Source: Chloroflexota bacterium
Lineage (GTDB): Bacteria; Chloroflexota; Dehalococcoidia; Lucifugimonadales; UBA3495
Direction of reading: 5' to 3'
Assembly (NCBI GenBank): GCA_027623675.1
Contig: JAQBVF010000020.1
Location: 1-64,000 of the forward strand
DNA: 64,000 nucleotides
A model generated the notes under the pieces. That model saw nothing but the letters and a program-made list of their open reading frames with translations. It searched no databases and was not told where the DNA came from. Shown piece by piece: positions 38,666 through 49,062 of the stretch (positions are counted from its first letter, which is position 1; the number at the start of each line of letters is the position of its first letter). Both the position numbers and the translations under genes were made by a program.

Positions 38666-39520
38666 ATGGTCCGCTACAACAAGGTTATTGAGTTATTGGA
38701 GCAGGACAAGCCGGTATTCTGTTCCGGCCTGGTCTGGAACGGCAACCTGGATGACATGACTTTTGTGGGCGACGCCGACTACGACATGGTCATCGTTGAG
38801 ATGGAACACCAAGGTTTCAGCTTCAACGATCTGCGGACCATGCTCCAGTTCCTGATGAACCGCAAGAAAGTGGTAGGGAGCGGCTCGCTGCAAGCTGACC
38901 CGGCGCCCTTCGTTAGGGTGCCGCCAAATTTCAGGGAGCGGAACCAGTGGGTGCTGAAGCAGGCTCTGGACGCCGGCGTTTACGGGTTGGTCCTGCCCCA
39001 CCTGAACAATGTGGATGACGCCCAGGCAGCGGTGGTCGCCGCCCGCTACCCGCAGGTGCCCGGCGTGGCCGATTTCGAGCCGCAGGGCGAGCGCGGCTGG
39101 TGGTACCGCATCGCTCCCCGCTATTGGGGCCTGACTCCCGCTGAGTACTACGACGCCGCCGATCTTTGGCCGTTGGACCCGGAGGGCAACATGCTCTTGG
39201 TCGGCATCATTGAGGAGCCGGACGGAGTGAAGAATGTGCGGGACATCCTGCGTGAGGTCAAGGGTATCGGCGCCATCTGGGCCGGCCCCGGCGATATGTC
39301 GGTGGCCATGGGGCACAAGGGAAACGCGAATCACCCCGACGTGCAGGCCAACCTGCTAACGATACTGGACGCCTGCAAGGAATTTGGGGTGCCCTGCGCC
39401 ACCGGCTGCACTGCCGAAGAGGTGCCGATGCGCCTGGAACAGGGCTTCCGGATAATAATAACGTCCCCCGAAAAGACCACTAGGGGTCTGGACGAGGGAC
39501 GTCGTATCTCCGGTCGTTAG
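38666..39520 (+). CDS. HpcH/HpaI aldolase family protein
   Basis: EMEH, VRVP, KQALDAG and GPGDMS; AGGAGG RBS. Confidence 0.85.
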   Translation: MVRYNKVIELLEQDKPVFCSGLVWNGNLDDMTFVGDADYDMVIVEMEHQGFSFNDLRTMLQFLMNRKKVVGSGSLQADPAPFVRVPPNFRERNQWVLKQALDAGVYGLVLPHLNNVDDAQAAVVAARYPQVPGVADFEPQGERGWWYRIAPRYWGLTPAEYYDAADLWPLDPEGNMLLVGIIEEPDGVKNVRDILREVKGIGAIWAGPGDMSVAMGHKGNANHPDVQANLLTILDACKEFGVPCATGCTAEEVPMRLEQGFRIIITSPEKTTRGLDEGRRISGR

Positions 39521-39538
39521 GGTCGCTGGAACCCTGGG

Positions 39539-40525
39539 CTATTTAGTGCCAGACGCGCCAGTTCCGGCGGTGTCACTGGAGCCCTGGCCGGGACTCTGCA
39601 AGAACTTGAAGATATCAGCCTCCGAGGACAGAACGACCGTCGTCCGCTGGTTCAAGAACTTCTTGTAGGCTTCTAGGCTCCTCTGGAACGAGAAGAAGTC
39701 TGGGTCCTTGTTCAGAGACTCGGCCAGGATAGCGATGGCCTGGGCTTCACCGTCACCTCGTAGGCGGCTGGCGTCCCTGTCGGCCGCCGCTAGGATAACC
39801 TCAACCTCTCGGTCAGCCGCCGCCCGCCGGGTCCGGGCTTCTCTCTCACCCTCGGCACGCAACCGGCGGGATATCTTCTCCCGGTCTGACCGCATGCGCT
39901 CAAATATTCTTCCGGCCACTTCCTGTGGGAAATCAGCCCGTTTGATTCGGATGTCGACCATCTCGACGCCGAATGGAGGGTTTTCCTTGGCCAGGTTAGC
40001 TTGGACCGCCGCGATCACTTCCTGTAGCAGTTCGGTCCGGGAGTTGGTGGCACGGACTCGGGTGTTGCCCTCGGCGTCCGTCACAGGATCACCCGACTTG
40101 TCCAATTCGACGATGCCGCCGATGATCTGTTCACGGCTGCGTTCGGCAACCTTGGCGCGCAGGGATGAGTTGATCCTTTGGGCCAGCACCCGTCGCGCGT
40201 TTTCTTCGGTGTTCAGGGTCTGGAGGAACGCGCGTGGGTCGCTGATCCGGAACCGGCCGTAAACATCGATTTCCAAGATGTTGATGTCGCGGTCCAAGAA
40301 CCGCTCGGTCGGAGCGTCGAGCCGCAGCAGCCGCTTGTCGTAGTTGGTGACTTTGTCCACACCGAACGGCGCCTTCCAAGAGAGGCCTGGGGTTGTGCGG
40401 ACCGCCCGCACATCGCCGAAGCGGGTGACCACCACCTGTTCGGTTTCATCCACCACATAGGCGCTGGTGGTTAAGGTTATTAGAGCCAGGATTACAATTA
40501 CCCCGGATATTATCAGGTTCCTCAT
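39539..40525 (-). CDS. hflC: Protease modulator HflC (SPFH)
   Basis: N-terminal TM, VVTRFG, DIRIKRADFP, RMRSDRE and DPDFFSFQRSLEAY. Confidence 0.9.
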   Translation of the reverse strand: MRNLIISGVIVILALITLTTSAYVVDETEQVVVTRFGDVRAVRTTPGLSWKAPFGVDKVTNYDKRLLRLDAPTERFLDRDINILEIDVYGRFRISDPRAFLQTLNTEENARRVLAQRINSSLRAKVAERSREQIIGGIVELDKSGDPVTDAEGNTRVRATNSRTELLQEVIAAVQANLAKENPPFGVEMVDIRIKRADFPQEVAGRIFERMRSDREKISRRLRAEGEREARTRRAAADREVEVILAAADRDASRLRGDGEAQAIAILAESLNKDPDFFSFQRSLEAYKKFLNQRTTVVLSSEADIFKFLQSPGQGSSDTAGTGASGTK

Positions 40526-40581
40526 GGAGACCCCTTTTATTCCTTAGTTAACGGTCAAGTAATGGCGGGTTGCCAGTCAGG

Positions 40582-42279
40582 TTACGGTGCGGTTGGTCCG
40601 ACCGGGACCGGAACGATCGCGCCGTCGCTGCCAAGTATCAACACAGTCTCCGCGTCTGGGGAAACGATTATCTTATTGATGCTGGGCAGGATGTCTTCCA
40701 TCGCCTCAAGGTAGAGCCTCTCTTGGGTCACGAGGCTGGTGGCCGGGACAGCCAAGTCTTCTCGGTTCATGTATTGCACGGTGAACAGGTCTCCCGCGGC
40801 CAGCGTCTCGCCGGTTTGAACGCTCAAGGTCAGGATGTTCGTTGACGGGTCGAACCCAGACACCGAGATGTCGACGCCACTGGTCTTTCCACCGTCCGGT
40901 CCGTCAATAACTTTAATGTCTGAGAAGGAGATTCCGGTGGCCAGGTCGTTGTCACCGTCTGCGTTGTCCGCGTCCAAGGCCTTGTTGGTCAACCTAACGT
41001 TGAACGGTCCGGCGCCGGCGAACTGGGGTATCGCCAGATCCTCATTGCCCAGATAGGCGATGGAGAATCTCTCTCCGATGGTCAGGTTGCCGGATTGCGC
41101 GGCGAAAGCCGTTGAGAAGCCGCAGATTTGGGTGGCGTCTGTCGCCGCCACATCCCGGGCGGTGAAGGCGCATTGGGGCGCTCCAATCACGGTTACGCCG
41201 GCAACCAGGATGTCGAACCCGTCACCGTCTATGTCAGGGGCCGAGATTATCGACACGTCGGAGAGCCCGATTCCCGTGGTCGGGTCGTTGTCGCCGTCGG
41301 CGTTATCCGAGTCTTGAAGCACGTTCTCCAGGGTTACGGAGCGGTCGTTGAATTGGCCCAAGATGGCCAGGAACCGGTCGGCTTCACCTTGGGCCCTCTC
41401 GATACGGGCCCTTTTGAAAGCCTCTGCCGGCTGAATGATCTGTTCGGCGCGGCCCCTGGCTTCGGGGATCACCTGGTTCTCGTAAGCCTGGGCTTGGTTG
41501 GTGGCTGTAACCTTGTCTTGGCGGGCCTGAAGCACATCGTTGAAGGCGGCCTGCACCTCAGCGGGAGCTTCCACTTTCTGCAGTTCCACGCTGACGATAT
41601 TCAAGCCGGTGTCGTAGCTGTCGAGGATCTCCTGCAATTTCGACCGGGCGTCCACTTCCAGGTTGACGCGCTGCTCTGCCAGAACTTCGGCGAGAGATCT
41701 CTGGCCGACCACCAACCGCAGGGCCGCTTCAGTGGCATCTTTCAATGTCCGGCCGTCGGGTCGGCCAGCGGGAATGTTCCGCTGTGACCCGGCATCCTCA
41801 CCGGGATCGGACACCCGGAACAGGTATTTGGCCAGGTCCTTGATGTCGTACTGGATCACCATCTGTACGTCGATGATGTTCAGGTCCCCGCTGATCATCT
41901 GGGCCTCGCCCGGCACGGGAGTGTCGGCCACGCCGTCGCCGCTGCGGAATCCAATTTCCAGGCGGCGGACCAAGTCGGTCTTCACGATATCTTTCTTGCC
42001 GATCGGCCCGGGCCACCACCAGTGCAGTCCGTTTTGGGTCACCGGTGTTTCCTGGGCGCTACCGAACAGGCGGAGCACCGCTTTCTCGCCGGGGCTGGTG
42101 GTGTAGATCCCAGTCGCCAGCCAGATCACTGCGATCAGGCCGACAACCAAAACCGCAGCCAGCCCGACTCCACCGCCTCCCAATCGTTGGGAGATTCGCC
42201 CGATGGAATCGCGCACATTTGTCATGATTTGTTCGAGATCTAATTCGGGCCTATTTGGTCCGCCGCCGGGTTGATACAT
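40582..42279 (-). CDS. hflK: Protease modulator HflK (SPFH) with a ~200-aa insertion
   Basis: TM helix, GLHW, MISGDLNI, VQAAFNDV, AQGEADRF and ERLYLEAME. Confidence 0.88.
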   Translation of the reverse strand: MYQPGGGPNRPELDLEQIMTNVRDSIGRISQRLGGGGVGLAAVLVVGLIAVIWLATGIYTTSPGEKAVLRLFGSAQETPVTQNGLHWWWPGPIGKKDIVKTDLVRRLEIGFRSGDGVADTPVPGEAQMISGDLNIIDVQMVIQYDIKDLAKYLFRVSDPGEDAGSQRNIPAGRPDGRTLKDATEAALRLVVGQRSLAEVLAEQRVNLEVDARSKLQEILDSYDTGLNIVSVELQKVEAPAEVQAAFNDVLQARQDKVTATNQAQAYENQVIPEARGRAEQIIQPAEAFKRARIERAQGEADRFLAILGQFNDRSVTLENVLQDSDNADGDNDPTTGIGLSDVSIISAPDIDGDGFDILVAGVTVIGAPQCAFTARDVAATDATQICGFSTAFAAQSGNLTIGERFSIAYLGNEDLAIPQFAGAGPFNVRLTNKALDADNADGDNDLATGISFSDIKVIDGPDGGKTSGVDISVSGFDPSTNILTLSVQTGETLAAGDLFTVQYMNREDLAVPATSLVTQERLYLEAMEDILPSINKIIVSPDAETVLILGSDGAIVPVPVGPTAP

Positions 42280-42653
42280 GTTCTTCTATTCCTTTATTCC
42301 TTTTGCCTACGCTGTTTTGCACGGCGCCGGGGAGTCCAATTTGGCTGGCGCCAGGTGATTCTTAAACGTATGTGACTTATTATCTGGTTGGCCTTGTAGA
42401 TTCTAACATTTAGCTGGCCGCCAAACTACAGGACAGTCCCTCAGTATGATGCACTACGTCGTCATTACGTTTTTCGGTTCGGTATGGACTGCGCCCGTCA
42501 GACCGAGAGAAATTTGCGCTGTAATCAGGCGTGGCCCAGCCTGCGCCGACCTCTCTGCCGGGGTATAATGTTGCGGCACGGAGACCCGGCAGGCTGGCGC
42601 CGGGCGAGGCCAAACGAAACCCGCCAAATCTATCTCATCAAAGGACCAGGCAG

Positions 42654-42917
42654 ATGACGACAACCGGTCTGGAAGTAATCCCCGGCAACGACATGACTCG
42701 GATCAAGGCTGTGTGCGAGCACCAGCGAGGCCTGATCTATGTGGTACCGGCAGAGCGAAGTTGGGTCTGCGACAGCGAGAGCATCCCCGCTCACGCTCTG
42801 GCTGGTTTCTTTCGAGAGTTGGGCGCCCTGGAAAACCCAGCGGTGGAGGGTCTGATGCAGCAATGGGGCATCTACTACCGGCAACTGCCCCAAGAGCAGC
42901 CTGACCAGGCAGGCTGA
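42654..42917 (+). CDS. Small hypothetical protein (87 aa)
   Basis: AAGGA RBS, TATAAT upstream at about 42564, no overlap with neighbouring genes. Confidence 0.65.
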   Translation: MTTTGLEVIPGNDMTRIKAVCEHQRGLIYVVPAERSWVCDSESIPAHALAGFFRELGALENPAVEGLMQQWGIYYRQLPQEQPDQAG

Positions 42918-43034
42918 GCCTGGACCAATGACCTGTGGAAGGCGGGGTTGGGTCTGGACCTAATGGCCTCGCGAAAACTTAGACACCCTGCTCATTGGTT
43001 TTTGCCGCGCCACGTTTGGTAATACTCGATCTTG

Positions 43035-43078
43035 AAAATAAAAAGGGGCGGAATCTTAATCCCGCCCCTTTTATTTTT
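43035..43078. terminator. Bidirectional intrinsic terminator
   Basis: AAAAGGGGCGG/CCGCCCCTTTT stem with flanking A and T tracts between convergent genes. Confidence 0.8.
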
Positions 43079-43107
43079 CTGCCTTGTCTGGCAATCGCCG
43101 CCGCGTG

Positions 43108-45351
43108 CTAACTTGGCTCGGCTTCGCCGGCGGCGGATGTCAGCGTTGGCGCCGGAGTGGGCGCGGAAGATTGTGACAGCGCCGGTGTTAGCGCCGGTCC
43201 CGCGTTAGCCGGGTCTGGGTTGGCGTTATGGGTGGGCGGCGTCTCCGGCGGCGTAGGCGGTGTTGCCGGCTCTCCGCCAAGGTCGTCATCGGCGTTGAAC
43301 AGCCGGTTCATAGCCTCGCCCGATACCGTTTCGTACTCGATGAGGTATTCAGCCAATCTGATCAATTTCGGCTTGTGGGTAGTGATTACACGCACAGCCT
43401 GGTCATAGGCCTCGTTAATCAGTTCACTTACCGCGTGGTCGATCTCCCGGGTGATAGATTCGCCGTAGTCCTTCTCCTCACCCATATCCCGGCCTAGGAA
43501 CACCATTTCCTGGACCTTGCCGAAAGTCCGGGGCGCTCCCAGTCCATCCAGGCTATGGGAAACCTTGACGGTGATAGTGACCGGCGGCAATCCCTTTTCG
43601 ATCAGTCCGTCGCTAAACTCAGCCAGTTGGAAATCATCTTCCTTGCGGGATCTGAATTGGGCCCCGTCAGTCATGGTGACCAAAAGGTCGTTGCCGTAGA
43701 CTTCGATCTGGGCGATCTCCCCAACCCGCGCCTTTCGGAAGACATCGCTGATGGGCATCTCTTCGTAGGATTTGGCGCTGAACATGCCATAGCGCTTGAC
43801 CATGCCCAGGGCCAGCTTGGTGGCTTGCTCTAGGTCGTTGCTGGCGCCGGTTGTAACTTCGTCGAAGATGATCTGCTCTGCGACCCGTCCGCCCATGGTG
43901 ACCGCCATCCGGTCGGCGAACTGGTTCTTGGTCCACAGGTACCGGTCTTCCTCGGGAACCAAAGAGGTATGTCCGCCCATCTGCCCACGGGCGACGATGG
44001 ATATCTTGTGCACCGGATCGGCGTGTTCCATGCCCCAGGCCACGAGAGCGTGCCCAGCTTCGTGGTAAGCAGTCATCTCTTTTTCTCTAGGGTTGATGAC
44101 TCGGTTCTTGCGCTGTGGCCCGGCGATCACACGGTCGACCGCCTCTTCAAAGTCTGCCATGAATATCTGTTTCTTGTTGCCGCGGGCTGCCATGATGGCC
44201 GCTTCATTGATCAGGTTGGAAAGCTCTGCTCCGCTGAACCCAGGCGTTTCCTTGGCCAGGGAGTCGAACGTAACTTCAGGGGCCAAGGGCTTGCCTGCGG
44301 CGTGGACCTTCAAGATAGCCTTGCGTCCTTCGATGTCGGGCAGGTCCATGGTCACGCGCCGGTCGAAACGTCCTGGACGCAACAGGGCCGGGTCCAGGAT
44401 GTCGGGCCGGTTGGTGGCGGCGATGACGATGATGTTGGTATTGGTCTCGAAGCCGTCCATCTCGACCAATATCTGGTTCAGGGTCTGCTCCCGCTCGTCA
44501 TGCCCGCCGCCAAGACCAGCGCCACGGTGACGGCCGACGGCGTCAATCTCATCAACGAACACGATACAAGGGGCGTTGCGTTTGGCCTGCTCGAACAGGT
44601 CGCGCACCCGGGCCGCGCCGACGCCGACAAACATCTCAACGAATTCGGATCCGCTGATGTGGAAGAAGGGCACGCCGGCTTCGCCGGCCACGGCCCTGGC
44701 CATCAATGTCTTACCGGTGCCGGGCGAGCCGACCAGCAGCACGCCTTTGGGTATGCGTGCACCCAGGGCAAGGAACCGCTCCGGGAACTTGAGGAATTCG
44801 ACAACTTCGGAGAGTTCCTCTTTGGCCTCTTCAACCCCTGCCACGTCGGCGAACGAAACCGTGGGACGGTTGAAGGGCATCATCTTGGCGCGGCTGCGGC
44901 CAAAGCTCATGGTCTGATTGTTGCCGCCCTGTGCCTGACGCATCATGAACAGAATCAGCCCGCCGAAGAAGATTAGAGGCAGGAAATTAAGCATGAGGCC
45001 GAAGAAACTGCTGAGGCCGCTCGAGCCTTTGAAGACCACCTGCACGCCAGACGGCGGGCCGATCTGCACTCCGCTCTGGACCAGCAGTCCTAGAACGTCG
45101 GTGTCGGGGCCGATCCGGCTGGTGAACCGGTCGGCGCCAGCGGTGTTGGTGCTTCTGGGGAATACTGTAAGCTTCCGGCCATCGATGACAATCTCGCGAA
45201 TGTCGTTGTTCTTGGCCATGGCCACAACCGTGGTCAGAGGCTCTTCGCTGCGGGCACCGAAGCTGGGCAACAACGTGTAGAAAATCACAATCACCCCGAT
45301 GATAATCATCAGGTACACGAAGCTGTTGCGAAGCCACCGGTTATTACCCAT
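43108..45351 (-). CDS. ftsH: ATP-dependent zinc metalloprotease FtsH with an insertion in the protease domain
   Basis: Two TMs, Walker A GSPGTGKT, Walker [21 protein letters not shown] and HEAGH. Confidence 0.96.
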   Translation of the reverse strand: MGNNRWLRNSFVYLMIIIGVIVIFYTLLPSFGARSEEPLTTVVAMAKNNDIREIVIDGRKLTVFPRSTNTAGADRFTSRIGPDTDVLGLLVQSGVQIGPPSGVQVVFKGSSGLSSFFGLMLNFLPLIFFGGLILFMMRQAQGGNNQTMSFGRSRAKMMPFNRPTVSFADVAGVEEAKEELSEVVEFLKFPERFLALGARIPKGVLLVGSPGTGKTLMARAVAGEAGVPFFHISGSEFVEMFVGVGAARVRDLFEQAKRNAPCIVFVDEIDAVGRHRGAGLGGGHDEREQTLNQILVEMDGFETNTNIIVIAATNRPDILDPALLRPGRFDRRVTMDLPDIEGRKAILKVHAAGKPLAPEVTFDSLAKETPGFSGAELSNLINEAAIMAARGNKKQIFMADFEEAVDRVIAGPQRKNRVINPREKEMTAYHEAGHALVAWGMEHADPVHKISIVARGQMGGHTSLVPEEDRYLWTKNQFADRMAVTMGGRVAEQIIFDEVTTGASNDLEQATKLALGMVKRYGMFSAKSYEEMPISDVFRKARVGEIAQIEVYGNDLLVTMTDGAQFRSRKEDDFQLAEFSDGLIEKGLPPVTITVKVSHSLDGLGAPRTFGKVQEMVFLGRDMGEEKDYGESITREIDHAVSELINEAYDQAVRVITTHKPKLIRLAEYLIEYETVSGEAMNRLFNADDDLGGEPATPPTPPETPPTHNANPDPANAGPALTPALSQSSAPTPAPTLTSAAGEAEPS

Positions 45352-45810
45352 GTTCACCCCTTTTTCCTTTGTTTTAGACCTTAATTCCAGCCTACGACGC
45401 AGCCCGCAGACCCACCAACCTAATCTTATCGGAGTAGCACTGATAATGCAAAAACCTAATCCTATTCATACGAGTGAATCCCATGCCTAGATACCCCGGC
45501 GGCCACTGATTAACGATTCACCCCCGAGGCCCGGGACAGGTCGTGGTATCCAGGTCGTTCCATCAGGGTAGGCCCGTGCTTGAGGTTGTTTAAGATTAGA
45601 TGTGCAGATGCGTGCAACTTATTATAGAATCTGTCTGCGGATGGGACATCCATAGCCTAGCGTCAGGAATCCACCTATCTGTCATACGCATCTGATTGGG
45701 ATATGGATCGGGGTGAGGGCGGCTGGTCCGCATCTAAGGACCCGGTCCGGATGTTGATGGGGACGGCTAAATTAGCCAAAATCAAGAATTAATAGCAAAT
45801 GGAGGGAGTA

Positions 45811-46653
45811 ATGGCAGATTACGCACATCCCGAATCTCTGGTCAGCACCGATTGGCTAGCCGAACATGGCAATGACGCCAACGTCTCTTTGGTGGAGGTA
45901 GATGTAGATACATCTTCCTACGCCAGCGGCCATATCGCGGGAGCGGTGGGTTGGAACTGGCAGTCGCAGTTGCAGCAGACGGTCCGCCGAGACCTGATTA
46001 GTAAAGAAGAATTGGAGAGTCTGCTCGGCGCGGCCGGTATCGACAACGGCACCACTGTCGTCCTCTACGGCGATAACAACAACTGGTTTGCCGCCTGGGC
46101 CTTTTGGCAACTGAAATATTACGGTCACGACGACGTCAAACTGATGAACGGCGGCCGGGCCAAATGGGAGGCTGAGGGCAAACCGCTCACCACCGACGCT
46201 GTGAATCCCACCGCCAAGTCTTACCAGGCAAAGTCCCCCAACGAAGACATCCGGGCCTATCGCGACCAGATCCTGAGCAAGGTCGCCGCGGGCAATATCT
46301 CGCTGGTCGACGTGCGCGCTCCGGCCGAGTACAGTGGCGAGCTTCTGGCCCCCGAGAACCTGCCCCAGGAGGGCGCCCAGCGGGGCGGCCACATCCCCAG
46401 CGCGGCGAACGTGCCTTGGGGCCAGGCGGTGGCCGAGGATGGCACGTTCAAGTCAGCCGATGACCTTCAGGCGCTGTATGGCGGCAAGGGCATCGACGGC
46501 AGCAAGGAGACCATCGCTTACTGCCGAATCGGCGAGCGTTCCTCCCACACTTGGTTCGTGCTGACCCAGCTCTTGGGCCATAGCAATGTCCGCAACTACG
46601 ATGGCTCCTGGACCGAATGGGGCAGTATCGTAGGAGCGCCCATCGAGAAGTAA
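45811..46653 (+). CDS. Thiosulfate sulfurtransferase (tandem rhodanese, CysA/SseA type)
   Basis: GHIAGA, GGHIP, active site YCRIGER and YDGSWTEWG. Confidence 0.92.
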   Translation: MADYAHPESLVSTDWLAEHGNDANVSLVEVDVDTSSYASGHIAGAVGWNWQSQLQQTVRRDLISKEELESLLGAAGIDNGTTVVLYGDNNNWFAAWAFWQLKYYGHDDVKLMNGGRAKWEAEGKPLTTDAVNPTAKSYQAKSPNEDIRAYRDQILSKVAAGNISLVDVRAPAEYSGELLAPENLPQEGAQRGGHIPSAANVPWGQAVAEDGTFKSADDLQALYGGKGIDGSKETIAYCRIGERSSHTWFVLTQLLGHSNVRNYDGSWTEWGSIVGAPIEK

Positions 46654-46689
46654 AGGCGAAAAAGGTTCTCGCGATAGCGTATTCGAGCT

Positions 46690-46719
46690 AAAAAGGGCTG
46701 CATCAACGCAGCCCTTTTT
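46690..46719. terminator. Bidirectional intrinsic terminator
   Basis: AAAAAGGGCTGC/GCAGCCCTTTTT. Confidence 0.8.
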
Positions 46720-46759
46720 GCTTGGCATTGGAATCGGATGGCCAGGGGAAAGTATGCGG

Positions 46760-47197
46760 CTAGAGATTTCGGCGTATCTGATCGGCGGTTCCGATCAACT
46801 CTTCATCAGATTGACCGGTCTTTGGGAACTCGAACTCCCAGATGCTTAGCCTGGGATGAGGGTCGGTCGAATGGCGAACGATCAGGTGCCAATGGAGGTG
46901 AGGGGTGGCGTTGCCGAGGAGTGCATGATTCAATTTCAGGCCGGGAAAGGTCTTCTCCAACGCGGTGGCGACGCGGGCGGCATCGTCCATGAACCGGCGC
47001 TGCAGCTCGCTGGTCAAGTGGTGCAGCTCCTTCACGTGGTCCCGAAAAACCAAGATGGTCGAACCACGGAAGAACTGCCAATCGCGGTTTAGGACAGCTG
47101 TGCAAACGTCCAGTTCGGCAATCTTGTTTGGGTACTGGCCCTCCCTTTCGGTGAATATCGCGTCCTGGCACATGGAACAATCGTTGTCGTTTGTCAT
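46760..47197 (-). CDS. HIT-family hydrolase
   Basis: CxxC at the N-terminus and LGNATPHLHWH histidine triad. Confidence 0.88.
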   Translation of the reverse strand: MTNDNDCSMCQDAIFTEREGQYPNKIAELDVCTAVLNRDWQFFRGSTILVFRDHVKELHHLTSELQRRFMDDAARVATALEKTFPGLKLNHALLGNATPHLHWHLIVRHSTDPHPRLSIWEFEFPKTGQSDEELIGTADQIRRNL

Positions 47198-47433
47198 CGC
47201 TACCTCGCCGGCATCGACCGGGGAAAATCAGAGTGCGTCCCAATGGAATGTCGACGCTGCATGGACCGGCCGACGGGCATGACCGACCCCGCTGGGCCCG
47301 TCCGGCGCCTCCGGAACTTTTCACGCCACTAATCATGATGCGGCCACCTGCGGCTCAAGCAAGCGGGTTTGGAAAATCCTGTCGACTATGGAAAGGATTG
47401 CCTTATGTTGCCCCATTGAGACGCCTGGCCGCG

Positions 47434-47970
47434 TCATATTTGAGGATACGACCCGTCCTCTAGGGGGCCGGACTCGACCCGGGCAGCGATCCAAGGCTCA
47501 ATCTTTCGCCGGTACCAAGGCTCCCACAATGGCCTGAGGGGAAATGAGCTTGGCAGGTTCTTGTAGGAACGCTCCGGAGAGATACCTGGAGCGATCTTCT
47601 TGGCATCGAATCTGACCCATGCCCGGTATGTGATGAAGTAACCGAGGGGAGACAGCCGGTTGTGGAAGTGGTCAGTCGCCACGTGACCCAGATGAGCCGC
47701 GACGGCAGCCAAGAATATGGGATGGTAATAGGAGAAGACCAGTAATAAAAGACCGATAATCGAGTATTCCCAGCCGTGGAATAGAACTAGGATCTGGTTT
47801 GGCTTCCGCCGTATCCACCACTGGTAATAATCTACAAGATGGTCGATATCCACCGCCACGCCCACTCCGACGGCAACCGCCCCTGCCAGTGGTGAACCGG
47901 TCCCGGCCCAAACGGACGCGCCAATGACCGTGGAGATGGCCGTATGGCCCAAAGGTCCCATGCGCCACAT
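47434..47970 (-). CDS. Membrane protein, putative metal-dependent hydrolase (YdjM-like)
   Basis: Hydrophobic segments with GH, DIDH, FHGWE and HxxHxxxD motifs. Confidence 0.65.
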   Translation of the reverse strand: MWRMGPLGHTAISTVIGASVWAGTGSPLAGAVAVGVGVAVDIDHLVDYYQWWIRRKPNQILVLFHGWEYSIIGLLLLVFSYYHPIFLAAVAAHLGHVATDHFHNRLSPLGYFITYRAWVRFDAKKIAPGISPERSYKNLPSSFPLRPLWEPWYRRKIEPWIAARVESGPLEDGSYPQI

Positions 47971-48159
47971 GATACGCGAGGACCAGGACTGAGAACCAGC
48001 CTACGGAGACGCCGTAGCGCCGATATTCGGTTCGCGCCATTGCCCGGTCGTTATGTTGAAGGAATGGCCCCCGAGGGCTTATACGTCCGGTCCCGTTGGG
48101 CCATCACTTCGGCCCCATGGTGACTCTTGCGTATCATGGGACCCGCTTAAACTCAACAT

Positions 48160-48444
48160 ATGAGTACATCGACGATTTTCTTTCCACATAACTCGGTCCC
48201 TTCGGTGGCGGTCCCTTCGGTAGTCCAAGCTGGGTTTTGGGAGCGGTTTCCCGCATACATCGGAGTATTTATCGGAGTCGTCATATCCGGCCTAGCCGTG
48301 GTGATGCTGCTGGGGTTCACCTTTCCGATTCTTGCGGCGCTCACCGTGGTCCAAAAGACCAAAAGGGCCGTGCTGACCATCGCCGAACAAGGCCGGGGTT
48401 TTCCGAGGCTTGGCGTTAATCATCTGCCGAACCGGGCAAAATGA
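48160..48444 (+). CDS. Small hypothetical membrane protein
   Basis: Non-overlapping 94-aa ORF with a long hydrophobic segment; weak RBS. Confidence 0.45.
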   Translation: MSTSTIFFPHNSVPSVAVPSVVQAGFWERFPAYIGVFIGVVISGLAVVMLLGFTFPILAALTVVQKTKRAVLTIAEQGRGFPRLGVNHLPNRAK

Positions 48445-48453
48445 TTCGCCATT

Positions 48454-48721
48454 AGTCATCCCGGAGTTTCATCGTGGGCAGCACGCTACCGGGCAGATGC
48501 CGTCATTCCGGCGAAGGTCGAAATAACAGTCGTGCCGAGCAACCACACTCGCTATCTGTCATTCTGATCCTTCCGCAGAAGGAGAAGAATCTCTTTGCTT
48601 GACTTCGAGGTTGCTACCGTTCCGCAGGGCCGGCAGTTGGTCTCCCATCAGCGACGAGATTCCTCTCTTCGCTCGGAATGACACAGGCGGCGGAATCCAC
48701 CCACCAAACTCCGGGATGACT
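48454..48721. repeat. Nested palindromic REP/MITE-like element
   Basis: Perfect 16-bp outer IR AGTCATCCCGGAGTTT (48454-48469 / 48706-48721) enclosing an inner pair TGTCATTCTGA...AGAATCTC (48557-48593) / GAGATTC...CGGAATGACA (48656-48683), plus a third GTCATTCCG at about 48502. Confidence 0.7.
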
Positions 48722-49062
48722 CATGTTTATTGCCACATACCTTAACGAGGATCGTTCAATCATATAAGGTCCAAAAGCAGCCTGCTGTCACTCGCTTCCG
48801 CTCCCCCTTTCTAACCGCCCCGGATAAACTCTCATGGGTAGCATGAGGGTGATTTTTCTCAGCTATTCTCCGCTATCCGACCGGGCTCATGGCGCGTCCA
48901 ACAAACCTCAGACGCCCGCCGATATTCCCGTCAGCTTTCAGTGTTCGGCTCCTCTGATCAATCGGCTTGGCCCATGACCGTCCGTGTTGGTTCAGCGCTG
49001 TGAACCACCGAATCAGGTGAATTCCTGGTGGTCCCCGATCTCAAAGCGCGGTTCCGGCTTCC

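Noticed and set aside
43555..43782. Intein as the explanation for the FtsH (or HflK) insertion
   Set aside because: There is no terminal His-Asn splice motif or Hint blocks; the FtsH insert is too short and the HflK insert is a tandem repeat.
45360..45800. CIRCE operator or sulfur riboswitch between ftsH and the rhodanese gene
   Set aside because: Only a half-like TAGCACT is present with no matching second arm, and no SAM-riboswitch core is recognisable.
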